The notes under the pieces are model-generated. The model was not told the origin of the DNA. It worked only from the letters and a program-made list of their open reading frames with translations, and made no database searches. Positions 1 to 8,614 of a DNA stretch of 56,928 nucleotides are shown in pieces. Made by a program: the position numbers and the translations under genes. Every line of letters starts with the position of its first letter. Positions within the stretch are counted from its first letter, which is position 1. Where the stretch lies: positions 1 through 56,928 of the IMG/VR virus record IMGVR_UViG_3300026097_000028. One strand, given 5' to 3'. Source of the stretch: a virus. Taxonomy: Duplodnaviria > Caudoviricetes.

Positions 1-26
1 AGTTAGATAAGTTTCATATAAATAAA

Positions 27-1031
27 TTGTACTTAGATTCTATTCAATATAATATACCCAGAAATAAAATAATTATATTATCGAATAATTTTGGAATAGA
101 GGATAATATTAATAGATATAAATCAAAATATAAAATAAAAAATAGTAAGGATTTTTTGTGCATTATATATAATTTACATATGCTATATAAGGGTAATGAA
201 TTAATCGATTCTCAGACGGTTGACTTATTCTTAAAAGAGGATGATATTATTAGTTACAAAAAAAATAAACTTTTATTTTTAAATAGAAGGTTACACCCAC
301 ATAGAATATTAATGTTATGTTTATTAGCAGAATCTAATAATATAGAAAATAATTTGATATCGTTTGATATGAACTATACTAATACGGATTATTTTATAGA
401 TTATATAAAAACGCATAATTATCTTGGATTGGATGAATATTCTGAGCCAAATGAGATTATAAAAAATATAATAAAATCCAATGATATGTTAAAAATAACA
501 AAGGGTTATGATATTTTAACAAAAATTAATAAAAAATCATTAGATATAGAAAATTATGAATCAATAGAGGGTAGGTCTTTAGAAGTTGATGATGTTTCAT
601 TATATAAAGATAGTTATTTTAGCCTTGTTTCCGAAACAGAATTTTTTACAAAATGGAATATATATACAACTGAAAAAACAATAAAACCAATACAACAATA
701 TCATCCGTTTGTTATATTAGGAAACCCAAATACTTTAAAATATTTACAATCAATGGGATTTCAAACATTTTCATCCGTTTGGGATGAGAGTTATGATAAT
801 GAAATTATTGATTCTGTTAGAATATTTAAAGTAAGCAAACTCGTTAATTCTCTGATAAAAAAAACTGATGATGAGTGGGTGGATATATTAAAAAAAATAA
901 AACCAATACTTATACATAATCGAGAATTATTAAAAAAATATTCTGCAAATAATAATATTTTTAATATAGAACAAACCATATATAAAAATTTAACAGATGA
1001 ATCCATTCAAAATTATCAAAAATTATTTTAA
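27..1031 (+). CDS. Glycosyltransferase-like protein (GT10/fucosyltransferase-like C-terminal motif); true start may lie upstream of the window
   Basis: Motif string YFSLVSETEF...TEKTIKPI...PFVILG...LQSMGFQTFS..WDESYD typical of GT10-like proteins in large phages; very AT-rich; TTG start only nominal. Confidence 0.5.
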   Translation: MYLDSIQYNIPRNKIIILSNNFGIEDNINRYKSKYKIKNSKDFLCIIYNLHMLYKGNELIDSQTVDLFLKEDDIISYKKNKLLFLNRRLHPHRILMLCLLAESNNIENNLISFDMNYTNTDYFIDYIKTHNYLGLDEYSEPNEIIKNIIKSNDMLKITKGYDILTKINKKSLDIENYESIEGRSLEVDDVSLYKDSYFSLVSETEFFTKWNIYTTEKTIKPIQQYHPFVILGNPNTLKYLQSMGFQTFSSVWDESYDNEIIDSVRIFKVSKLVNSLIKKTDDEWVDILKKIKPILIHNRELLKKYSANNNIFNIEQTIYKNLTDESIQNYQKLF

Positions 1032-1113
1032 TAAAAGAAAACAAGAAAAACTCTATAAAAAGAAGTTAGAAGAACTTCGTAAAAGAGACCCATTCATTTA
1101 CAAAAATCACTAA
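997..1113 (+). CDS. Small basic protein (38 aa, MNPFKIIKNYFNKRKQEKLYKKKLEELRKRDPFIYKNH)
   Basis: Translated by hand; ATG 997 to TAA 1113; the KKLEELRKRDPFIY ending resembles a small conserved ORF of aquatic T4-like phages; too short for the ORF track. Confidence 0.55.
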   Translation: MNPFKIIKNYFNKRKQEKLYKKKLEELRKRDPFIYKNH

Positions 1114-1128
1114 ACTTTTTGTAACCCA

Positions 1129-1136
1129 TATTTATA
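1129..1136 (+). promoter_or_regulatory. Putative late promoter TATTTATA
   Basis: Same octamer recurs shortly upstream of many structural gene starts in the window. Confidence 0.55.
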
Positions 1137-1157
1137 TACTGATAAGGTATATACTAA

Positions 1158-4100
1158 ATGAATGAACTTTCTAAATATCTCGTAGAGCAAATTCTACTCG
1201 AGGATGATAATCCTATTAAAAAGATAGTAGTTGTTTATGTTGGGAGATTTCAACCTTTCCATAAAGGACACTATTCTACTTACCAACATCTTGTAAAGAA
1301 ATTTGGTAAAAATAATGTCTTTATAGGAACTTCTAACAAAGTATCTAAACCGAAATCTCCATTTAATTTTAAGGAGAAGGTTCAGATAATGACATCGATG
1401 TTTGGTATACCTAAATCCAAAATACATCAAGTTAAAAACCCATACCAACCAACTGAAATCCTTAAAAAGTTTGATGAAACTACCACTGCCTTCATAACTG
1501 TTGTTGGTGAGAAGGATAAATCTCGTTTAGGTGGTAAATACTTTACTCCATTAAAAGGAACTCCAACTGAGGGGTATAGAGATAGGGGATATGTTTACGT
1601 ATCACCATCTCAATCCAACCCAATAAGCGGTACTGATGTTCGTAATGGATTATCATTAGGTTCAGATGAACAAAAACAATCTTTCTTTACAGATAGAGCA
1701 TACCCAAAATATAACAAAACCATATTCAACTTAATCACTTCTAAATTAAACGAAGGTATCTTTATTCCTAAAGAACGAATTGAAGAATGGTTAATCAATG
1801 AAGCATCTAATGTTGTTGGTAATATGGGTAGTGATGTTGATGATGGACCAAACAACTTTTTTCCTAACTTTGATATCTTTTCTAAAATAAACGTTAAAAG
1901 AGCTGCAAAGATTGGATATGAGATTGTTAATATGATATCATCTAAAGAATTAGAAGATTATTATGAACACCCAATTTATCCTAATGGGCCTGTAAAAGCA
2001 GTAACCCCATTCCCTGCTGGTGTTCTTGGTGCTAAAACTGCAACTAACCAAATTGATATCTATTCAAGTGATGCTTACTCAAAATGGTTTACTCATGTTA
2101 CTCGACAGGCAGCATTGGTAGGATATTCGGTGGTAAGTGGAATAGAATCTAATCAGACTGATAAAGAAACTGCACTTGGTTCTCAACAAGGAGATAAAGA
2201 ATCTCAATCGGAATATGAAAACTCACTTAAAGAGGCAATAAACTTACCAGTAGAAATTGGTGATACTTTATTAATGGGTAAATTTAAGAACAAAAAAGTT
2301 GTTGTTAAATCTATTGGTAAAGATGAACATGGTATGCCAACTATTAATGGTAAGAAAGTAGTTACATTCAGATATATGAATGAAAACTTTGTAGTAGAAC
2401 TCGCAGGAACTACAATCCAATGTGAAAAATGTAATCATTCATGGGAAATAGAATCTGATGATAACGAAAAGTATCTATGTCATTCGTGTGGTTGGGATTC
2501 TCAACAACAAGAATACGATTATGATGCATTTGATTCATGGCAAGAAAAGAATGGTATATTGGGAGAATCTGAAGATTTAGAAGAACGAGGTAAGATGAGA
2601 CCAGCTGATAAGTTGAGAAGAAAAGCTGCAATGGCTGGTAAGAGAGCTCAAATAGCAAGGAGACGAGCAAGAACAATGAAGAGAAGAAAACCTCTTTCTA
2701 AACTTAAAAAGATTGCTTACAAGATGGCATACCGACAAGTTTATGATGAGTTTGCAAAAGAATTATTTCCCGATATAAAGAAATCCGATTTATCTATCAA
2801 ACAATCTCAGGTAGTTCACAAGAATGTAGTTAGAAAAAAAGGTAGAATATTGAAACGAGCTAAGTTTAAGTTCTTACCTGTTTTACGTGCAAAGGAAGTA
2901 GAGAAATTCTCTCCTAAAAACGAACAAATTACAAAAATAAATGAAGGAATTGAAAATACTTTATCAAGTAAATATAAAGTTGATTTAGATATTTACGAAT
3001 ACCCAAATCACTTAGAGTTGAGAAGAGTTGTAGTACCACAAGACCAACGAAATAAAGGTATTGGTTCTAAGGTAATGCAAGACTTGATAAAATATGCACA
3101 ACAAAATAACAAAGATATTTTCACAACACCAAGTTCGGATTTTGGTGGTTCGAAATCAAGATTAGTTCAGTTCTATAAATCATTTGGATTTAAGAATAAC
3201 AAAGGTTCTAACCGAGATTTTAGAAGTAAAGAATCTATGGTTCGTTTAAGTGAAGGTAAGGAACTTGAAAAGTTAGGAATTACTAATTTCAAATCACTAT
3301 TCAAAAAAATGCCATCTGAATTACAAAAAAGGGTATATAACTTAAAAAACTTTGGACAGAGGTTGGATAAACATCCAGAGGGTAATGTTTTAAAACATAC
3401 AATTACAGTTGTAAATCGTTCTTTAAAAGATGATGATATTGATATTGCAATAGCAGCAATGTTTCACGATATAGGAAAAGATGAAACCGCAGGTATTCAT
3501 CCAAAGAAGGGTCATATTACACACTTTGGGCACGAAAAAGTTTCTGCTTCATTGGTAAAGAAATATAAAGATTGGATTAAGTCCGTTGGTGGTAATGTTG
3601 CTAATGTTTTATACGTTGTTAAAAATCATATGAGATACAAACAACTATCTGATATGAGACCAATAAAACAAGATAAATTAAAATCATTCAGAGCATATGA
3701 TAAACTAAGTAAATTCTCCAAACATGATAGAGGTGGATTGGGTGAATCTTTAAGTGAATCAACTGATAAATTAAAATTATCTATACCAACTGATATACAA
3801 AAGATGCATACTGCATTTAAAGAAAAATATAACGAAGGTATGAATGATAATATAGATAAGTTATTAGAGGATTTAGATAATCATATTGTTGAGATGTTTT
3901 ATCCAACAACTAAAACATCAGACCAGTTAATAAAAGAAAATATTAACGAATCTAATATGTTAATGGAAGGTGGTGCATATGGGCATATGAATCATCCATT
4001 TGATACTGAAATCAACTTAACCTTTGGACAACTTAAAGATATCGTTAATCGTGCATTGGAAGGTAACTTAGAATTTACACGAGAAAAAACTGATGGTCAA

Positions 4101-5165
4101 GCACTTGCAGTTTCTTGGGTAAATGGAAGATTAGTTGCTGCAAGAAATAAAGGACATCTAAAAAATAGTGGTGAGAATGCATTAGATATAAAAGCAGTTG
4201 CTGATAAGTTCGCTGGAAGGGGTGAATTGGAAAAAGCATACAACTTTGCTATGAAAGATTTATCTGATTCTATTAAATCACTATCATCAAAACAACGAGA
4301 GAAGATTTTTAAAGGAGGTTCGTGTTTTATGAACCTTGAAGTAATATATCCTACTTCAGTAAATGTAATTCCTTATGGTCAACCTCTATTAGTATTACAT
4401 GGAACAATGGAATATGATGAGAATGGTGTTGCAATTGGAGAAAATGCAGATGCTGGGAGAATCTTGGCAGGTATGATTAAACAAATCAACAAAGATGTAC
4501 AAAATAATTACACAATTCAAGGTCCACCTGTAATTAAATTACCAAAATCACAACAATTATCCTCTAAAAAAGGAAAATATACCTCACAAATTTCTAAATT
4601 ACAAAAAGAATTCGGTTTAAAGGATACTGATGGAGTTGCAGAATACCACCAAGAGTGGTGGAAACAATGGATTACTAAAAATTCACCAACAACACTCGAT
4701 AATAAAACTCTAATGGGGTTAGTTAAGAGATGGGCATTCATGGATAAGAAGTTTAGATTAGATAAAAAGAATATTGCTGATGAAAAAACTCTAATTTGGG
4801 CAAAGAAAATTGATTCACAAGACCAAAAGAAAATTTCAAAAGATAATTTAATGAAATTTGAAAATATTTTCTTAGGGGTTGGTGCAGATGTATTAGAATT
4901 TACATCATCAGTACTTACTGTAAACCCAGATGAAGCAGTTCGCTCGATAAAAAAGAGAATAGATAAGACAATTAAAGATGTTAAGAAATCAGGTGACCCT
5001 AAAAAGATTGAAAAATTAAAATTAGAGTTAAAACGATTACAATCTATTGGTGGTCCTTCTAAAATTGTACCAAATGAAGGAATTGTTTTCCAATATAAAG
5101 GAAATACTTTCAAATTGACTGGTGCATTCGCATCTGTAAATCAACTATTGGGTATATTCTTCTAA
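1158..5165 (+). CDS. Multidomain protein: HxGH cytidylyltransferase-family NTase, Zn ribbon, basic region, GNAT acetyltransferase, HD domain, ATP-dependent ligase-like C-terminal domain
   Basis: GRFQPFHKGH and ISGTDVR (aa about 22-198); CEKC..CHSC (aa 422-444); VPQDQRNKGIGS..LVQFYKSFGF (aa about 597-699); HPEGNVLKHT..AAMFHDIGK..GHEKVS (aa about 700-863); EKTDG..ARNKG..NLEVI..EGIVF..FKLTG (aa about 938-1335). Confidence 0.75.
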   Translation: MNELSKYLVEQILLEDDNPIKKIVVVYVGRFQPFHKGHYSTYQHLVKKFGKNNVFIGTSNKVSKPKSPFNFKEKVQIMTSMFGIPKSKIHQVKNPYQPTEILKKFDETTTAFITVVGEKDKSRLGGKYFTPLKGTPTEGYRDRGYVYVSPSQSNPISGTDVRNGLSLGSDEQKQSFFTDRAYPKYNKTIFNLITSKLNEGIFIPKERIEEWLINEASNVVGNMGSDVDDGPNNFFPNFDIFSKINVKRAAKIGYEIVNMISSKELEDYYEHPIYPNGPVKAVTPFPAGVLGAKTATNQIDIYSSDAYSKWFTHVTRQAALVGYSVVSGIESNQTDKETALGSQQGDKESQSEYENSLKEAINLPVEIGDTLLMGKFKNKKVVVKSIGKDEHGMPTINGKKVVTFRYMNENFVVELAGTTIQCEKCNHSWEIESDDNEKYLCHSCGWDSQQQEYDYDAFDSWQEKNGILGESEDLEERGKMRPADKLRRKAAMAGKRAQIARRRARTMKRRKPLSKLKKIAYKMAYRQVYDEFAKELFPDIKKSDLSIKQSQVVHKNVVRKKGRILKRAKFKFLPVLRAKEVEKFSPKNEQITKINEGIENTLSSKYKVDLDIYEYPNHLELRRVVVPQDQRNKGIGSKVMQDLIKYAQQNNKDIFTTPSSDFGGSKSRLVQFYKSFGFKNNKGSNRDFRSKESMVRLSEGKELEKLGITNFKSLFKKMPSELQKRVYNLKNFGQRLDKHPEGNVLKHTITVVNRSLKDDDIDIAIAAMFHDIGKDETAGIHPKKGHITHFGHEKVSASLVKKYKDWIKSVGGNVANVLYVVKNHMRYKQLSDMRPIKQDKLKSFRAYDKLSKFSKHDRGGLGESLSESTDKLKLSIPTDIQKMHTAFKEKYNEGMNDNIDKLLEDLDNHIVEMFYPTTKTSDQLIKENINESNMLMEGGAYGHMNHPFDTEINLTFGQLKDIVNRALEGNLEFTREKTDGQALAVSWVNGRLVAARNKGHLKNSGENALDIKAVADKFAGRGELEKAYNFAMKDLSDSIKSLSSKQREKIFKGGSCFMNLEVIYPTSVNVIPYGQPLLVLHGTMEYDENGVAIGENADAGRILAGMIKQINKDVQNNYTIQGPPVIKLPKSQQLSSKKGKYTSQISKLQKEFGLKDTDGVAEYHQEWWKQWITKNSPTTLDNKTLMGLVKRWAFMDKKFRLDKKNIADEKTLIWAKKIDSQDQKKISKDNLMKFENIFLGVGADVLEFTSSVLTVNPDEAVRSIKKRIDKTIKDVKKSGDPKKIEKLKLELKRLQSIGGPSKIVPNEGIVFQYKGNTFKLTGAFASVNQLLGIFF

Positions 5166-5225
5166 ATTTATCGTTTTCTTCTTTTTTATATATTTATATA
5201 TCAAGGTATAACCTAATATGTAATA

Positions 5226-5882
5226 ATGAGTAAAGAATTCAAAAAGAAATACATGCACCCAACTCGTAGAAAGTTGGTAGATATGGTACAAACTGGTGTG
5301 TACGATAAAAATACCACTATTGGATACACTAAAACAAAGGAAACTCACGAAATTGGTGATGTATGGGAAGATGAACATTACAAATACGAACAAAAGGATG
5401 GATTTATCACTAAGACTGGTAAAAACTCCGATGCATTGCAAGAAATTCGTAATTATGTTCAGAAAAGAACTGAATGTAAATCTCCTAATTGTGAAACCAT
5501 AAAAAAAACTACAAAAGATAAAACTTTAATCAAAAAGACTGGGTTTTGTCTTGATTGTATGATAAAACAAGAACATATTATCAGAACAAGTGGTTTTTGG
5601 AAAGAATACGAAGAATATAAAGTATCAACTAACATGTTGGTCTATGGTAAGATGAGATTAGAAGAACTTAAACAAGCTCTTCTCGATGTTAAACCATATT
5701 ATGAATATGTAAACGAAGATGGTTCTACTGAAAAGTGGGAATTGCCAAAATCAGTTGAAGAAACTAAGGCAGATATTCAAGAAATGATTGATAATGGTAC
5801 CAAAGAGTTAGAAGAATTGGAAACCAAACGAATTATGGCCTTTGCAACATTAAAGAAAAACAATTTAGAACATTACTTATAG
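5226..5882 (+). CDS. Hypothetical protein with Cys4 zinc-binding motif
   Basis: CKSPNC...FCLDC; TATTTATA at 5191-5198 upstream. Confidence 0.6.
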   Translation: MSKEFKKKYMHPTRRKLVDMVQTGVYDKNTTIGYTKTKETHEIGDVWEDEHYKYEQKDGFITKTGKNSDALQEIRNYVQKRTECKSPNCETIKKTTKDKTLIKKTGFCLDCMIKQEHIIRTSGFWKEYEEYKVSTNMLVYGKMRLEELKQALLDVKPYYEYVNEDGSTEKWELPKSVEETKADIQEMIDNGTKELEELETKRIMAFATLKKNNLEHYL

Positions 5883-5884
5883 TC

Positions 5885-6259
5885 ATGACGGGAGGACGAA
5901 ATCAATATTTAGTTTTAATCGTAATCCTTGGATTGCTGGTTTTTAATTTGTACAATATGAGACAGATTAAAACCGATATTGATGGGTTTAATGAAAAAAT
6001 TGAAAACATTGGTAAAGAAATAGATTCTATCCAAACTATGAATACTGAATTGGATAATTTAATAGAATCGTTACATACAGAACTCCAATTAATCGATGGT
6101 GATATAGATAGAGTTCAAAATAATATTTTTACAATAAGGAGAAACACAGATGAAAAAAGGAATTCTGTTAATAATTTTACTATTAGTGAGCTTCAAGAGT
6201 TTTTCGCAAAACGATACGATAGTATCATTGAAAAAACCAATAGCGAAACTAGTAATTAA
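5885..6259 (+). CDS. N-terminally membrane-anchored coiled-coil protein (i-spanin-like)
   Basis: Hydrophobic YLVLIVILGLLVFNLY then heptad-rich helix; overlaps the next ORF by 110 nt. Confidence 0.45.
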   Translation: MTGGRNQYLVLIVILGLLVFNLYNMRQIKTDIDGFNEKIENIGKEIDSIQTMNTELDNLIESLHTELQLIDGDIDRVQNNIFTIRRNTDEKRNSVNNFTISELQEFFAKRYDSIIEKTNSETSN

Positions 6260-6551
6260 AGATTTAATTGAAGGGGATGGTGTAAAGTTAGAATTACTAT
6301 CTCTTCAAGAACTTTTAAAATTAGAACAAAAGAAAGTTGTTCTAAAGGATTCTGTCATCGGTAACTTAAATTCTAAAGTTATCAACTTGGAAACTATTAT
6401 TTCAAAAAAAGATGAACAATTTGGTTTAGAATCAGAAAAATCTAAACAACTACTTAAAGAACTCAAACGAGAAAAGAGAAAAACATTTTTCTATAAAATA
6501 GGAACTTATGCAGCCGGTGTACTTGGGTTCCTATATCTTACTGCTAAATAA
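6150..6551 (+). CDS. Secreted coiled-coil protein with C-terminal hydrophobic segment (o-spanin-like partner?)
   Basis: Signal peptide MKKGILLIILLLVSFKSFS|Q; coiled coil; C-terminal IGTYAAGVLGFLYL; stop overlaps the terminase start (TAATG). Confidence 0.45.
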   Translation: MKKGILLIILLLVSFKSFSQNDTIVSLKKPIAKLVIKDLIEGDGVKLELLSLQELLKLEQKKVVLKDSVIGNLNSKVINLETIISKKDEQFGLESEKSKQLLKELKREKRKTFFYKIGTYAAGVLGFLYLTAK

Positions 6552-8146
6552 TGGCTAAACAAACGTTAAAAGATATAATTAAATTAGAGTATCAGAAGTG
6601 TGCTGGTGACCCTATATACTTCATGAAGAAGTATTGTATGATACAACACCCAGTTCGTGGTAAAATTCCTTTTCAATTATATCCATTCCAAGAATCAACT
6701 CTAACACAATTTCACGAACATCGATATAACATCATTTTAAAATCTCGTCAAACAGGTATATCAACCTTAACTGCAGGATTTTCATTATGGAAGATGTTAT
6801 TCAATCAAGATTTTAACGTTCTTGTAATTGCAACCAAACAAGAGGTTGCAAAAAACTTGGTAACCAAGGTTCGAGTAATGAATCAGTATTTACCTTCTTG
6901 GTTAAAACAAACAACAGTAGAAGATAACAAATTATCTTTACGATATTCAAATGGTTCTCAAATCAAAGCAACATCTGCAGCAGGTGATGCGGGTCGTTCT
7001 GAAGCACTATCCTTATTAGTATTTGATGAGGCAGCCTTTATCGATAAGATTGAAGAAATTTGGGTATCTGCTCAATCTACCTTATCAACGGGTGGTAACG
7101 CAATTATCTTATCAACTCCAAATGGGGTAGGTAATTTCTTCCACAAAACTTGGGTAGGTGCAGAAGATGGTAGTAATGCCTTTAACACTATCCGATTACA
7201 TTGGTCAGTTCATCCTGAACGAGACCAAACTTGGAGAGATGAGCAAGAAGTTCTTTTAGGACCAAAAGGTGCAGCACAAGAATGTGATTGTGATTTTGTA
7301 AGTTCAGGTGATACTGTAATCGACCCACAACTTTTAATGTTCTACAAAGAAACTTACTGTCAAGAACCGGTAGAAAAGACTGGGTTCGATGGAAACCTTT
7401 GGAAATGGGAATACCCTAACTATCAGAAATCTTATATGGTCGTTGCCGATGTTGCTCGTGGTGATTCTGCTGATTTCTCTGCATGTCATGTTATCGATAT
7501 AGAGAACTCCGCACAAGTTGCAGAATATAAAGGTAAATTAGATACCAAAGATTTTGGAAACTTTCTCGTATCATTATCAACGGATTACAACAATGCACTG
7601 CTCGTAATTGAAAACGCAAATATTGGTTGGGCAGTAATTCAACAAGTAATCGATAGAGGATATCAAAACCTTTTCTATATGAGTAAGGATTTAAAGTATG
7701 TGGATGTAGAACATCAATTACATAATAAATACCGAGCAGAAGAACGAAATATGACCGCTGGATTTTCAACAACTTCTAAAACTCGTCCTTTGATTATTTC
7801 TAAAATGGAACAATACATCAGAGAGAAAGAAGTTCTTATACGTTCAACGAGAACCATAGATGAGTTATTTACTTTTATATGGAATGGAAATCGTGCTGAA
7901 GCAATGAGAGGATATAATGATGATTTAGTTATGTCCTTATCAATATCCCTTTGGGTTCGAGATACCGCACTTAGATTAAGGCAAGAAGGGATGGATTTAA
8001 CCTTAAACGCACTTGGTAGTATTTCTACTAACCAAACTTCTATTGGAAGTGGTGGAGGTGGGTTTGGTGGTAATTCATCATTGGAACAAAATCCATGGTC
8101 AATCGATGTTAATGGTTCCCAAGAAGATTTAACGTGGTTGTTGTAA
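6551..8146 (+). CDS. terL: Terminase large subunit (T4 gp17-like)
   Basis: LYPFQ adenine motif, Walker A KSRQTGIST, Walker B LLVFDEAAF, STPNG motif C, nuclease ADVARGDSAD and C-terminal NDDLVMS. Confidence 0.95.
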   Translation: MAKQTLKDIIKLEYQKCAGDPIYFMKKYCMIQHPVRGKIPFQLYPFQESTLTQFHEHRYNIILKSRQTGISTLTAGFSLWKMLFNQDFNVLVIATKQEVAKNLVTKVRVMNQYLPSWLKQTTVEDNKLSLRYSNGSQIKATSAAGDAGRSEALSLLVFDEAAFIDKIEEIWVSAQSTLSTGGNAIILSTPNGVGNFFHKTWVGAEDGSNAFNTIRLHWSVHPERDQTWRDEQEVLLGPKGAAQECDCDFVSSGDTVIDPQLLMFYKETYCQEPVEKTGFDGNLWKWEYPNYQKSYMVVADVARGDSADFSACHVIDIENSAQVAEYKGKLDTKDFGNFLVSLSTDYNNALLVIENANIGWAVIQQVIDRGYQNLFYMSKDLKYVDVEHQLHNKYRAEERNMTAGFSTTSKTRPLIISKMEQYIREKEVLIRSTRTIDELFTFIWNGNRAEAMRGYNDDLVMSLSISLWVRDTALRLRQEGMDLTLNALGSISTNQTSIGSGGGGFGGNSSLEQNPWSIDVNGSQEDLTWLL

Positions 8147-8196
8147 AATAGTTATAATTTAATTATTATATATTTATACTATAAGGAGAAGAAATA

Positions 8197-8577
8197 ATGA
8201 TAAATTTATCTAGCTTATTAGAAAATAATTCATATTGTGAAGAGTATGTGGTGGAAAACTACCATGACATCAAAGAATTTTGCGAATTCATGAAAGAATA
8301 CAAAGCTGATATGAACGAAGCTGAGTATCAAGGTAGAAAAGTAAAACTTGGTAAACCGATGCAAGGTGATGTCAAGAAATTCAAAGTATATGTTAAAAAC
8401 CCCCAAGGAAACGTTGTCAAAGTAAACTTTGGACATGGTGGAAGTTCTGCAAAAGGAAAAACGATGAAAATTCGTAAAAATAATCCTGATGCACGAAAAG
8501 CTTTTAGAGCAAGACACAATTGTGATTCACCAGGTCCAAGGCACAAAGCAAGATATTGGTCTTGTAGAAAATGGTAA
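8197..8577 (+). CDS. Conserved phage basic protein, probable head-associated
   Basis: KKFKVYVKN..VKVNFG..RKAFRARHNC..ARYWSCRKW signature; AAGGAG at 8183 and TATTTATA at 8171; N-terminal INLSSLLE leader. Confidence 0.65.
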   Translation: MINLSSLLENNSYCEEYVVENYHDIKEFCEFMKEYKADMNEAEYQGRKVKLGKPMQGDVKKFKVYVKNPQGNVVKVNFGHGGSSAKGKTMKIRKNNPDARKAFRARHNCDSPGPRHKARYWSCRKW

Positions 8578-8614
8578 TAATACAATAAAGGTTATAATTT
8601 AAAGAAAAAACAAA

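Noticed and set aside
5226-5882. Small terminase subunit call based on position
   Set aside because: No recognisable TerS features; proximity to terL alone is insufficient
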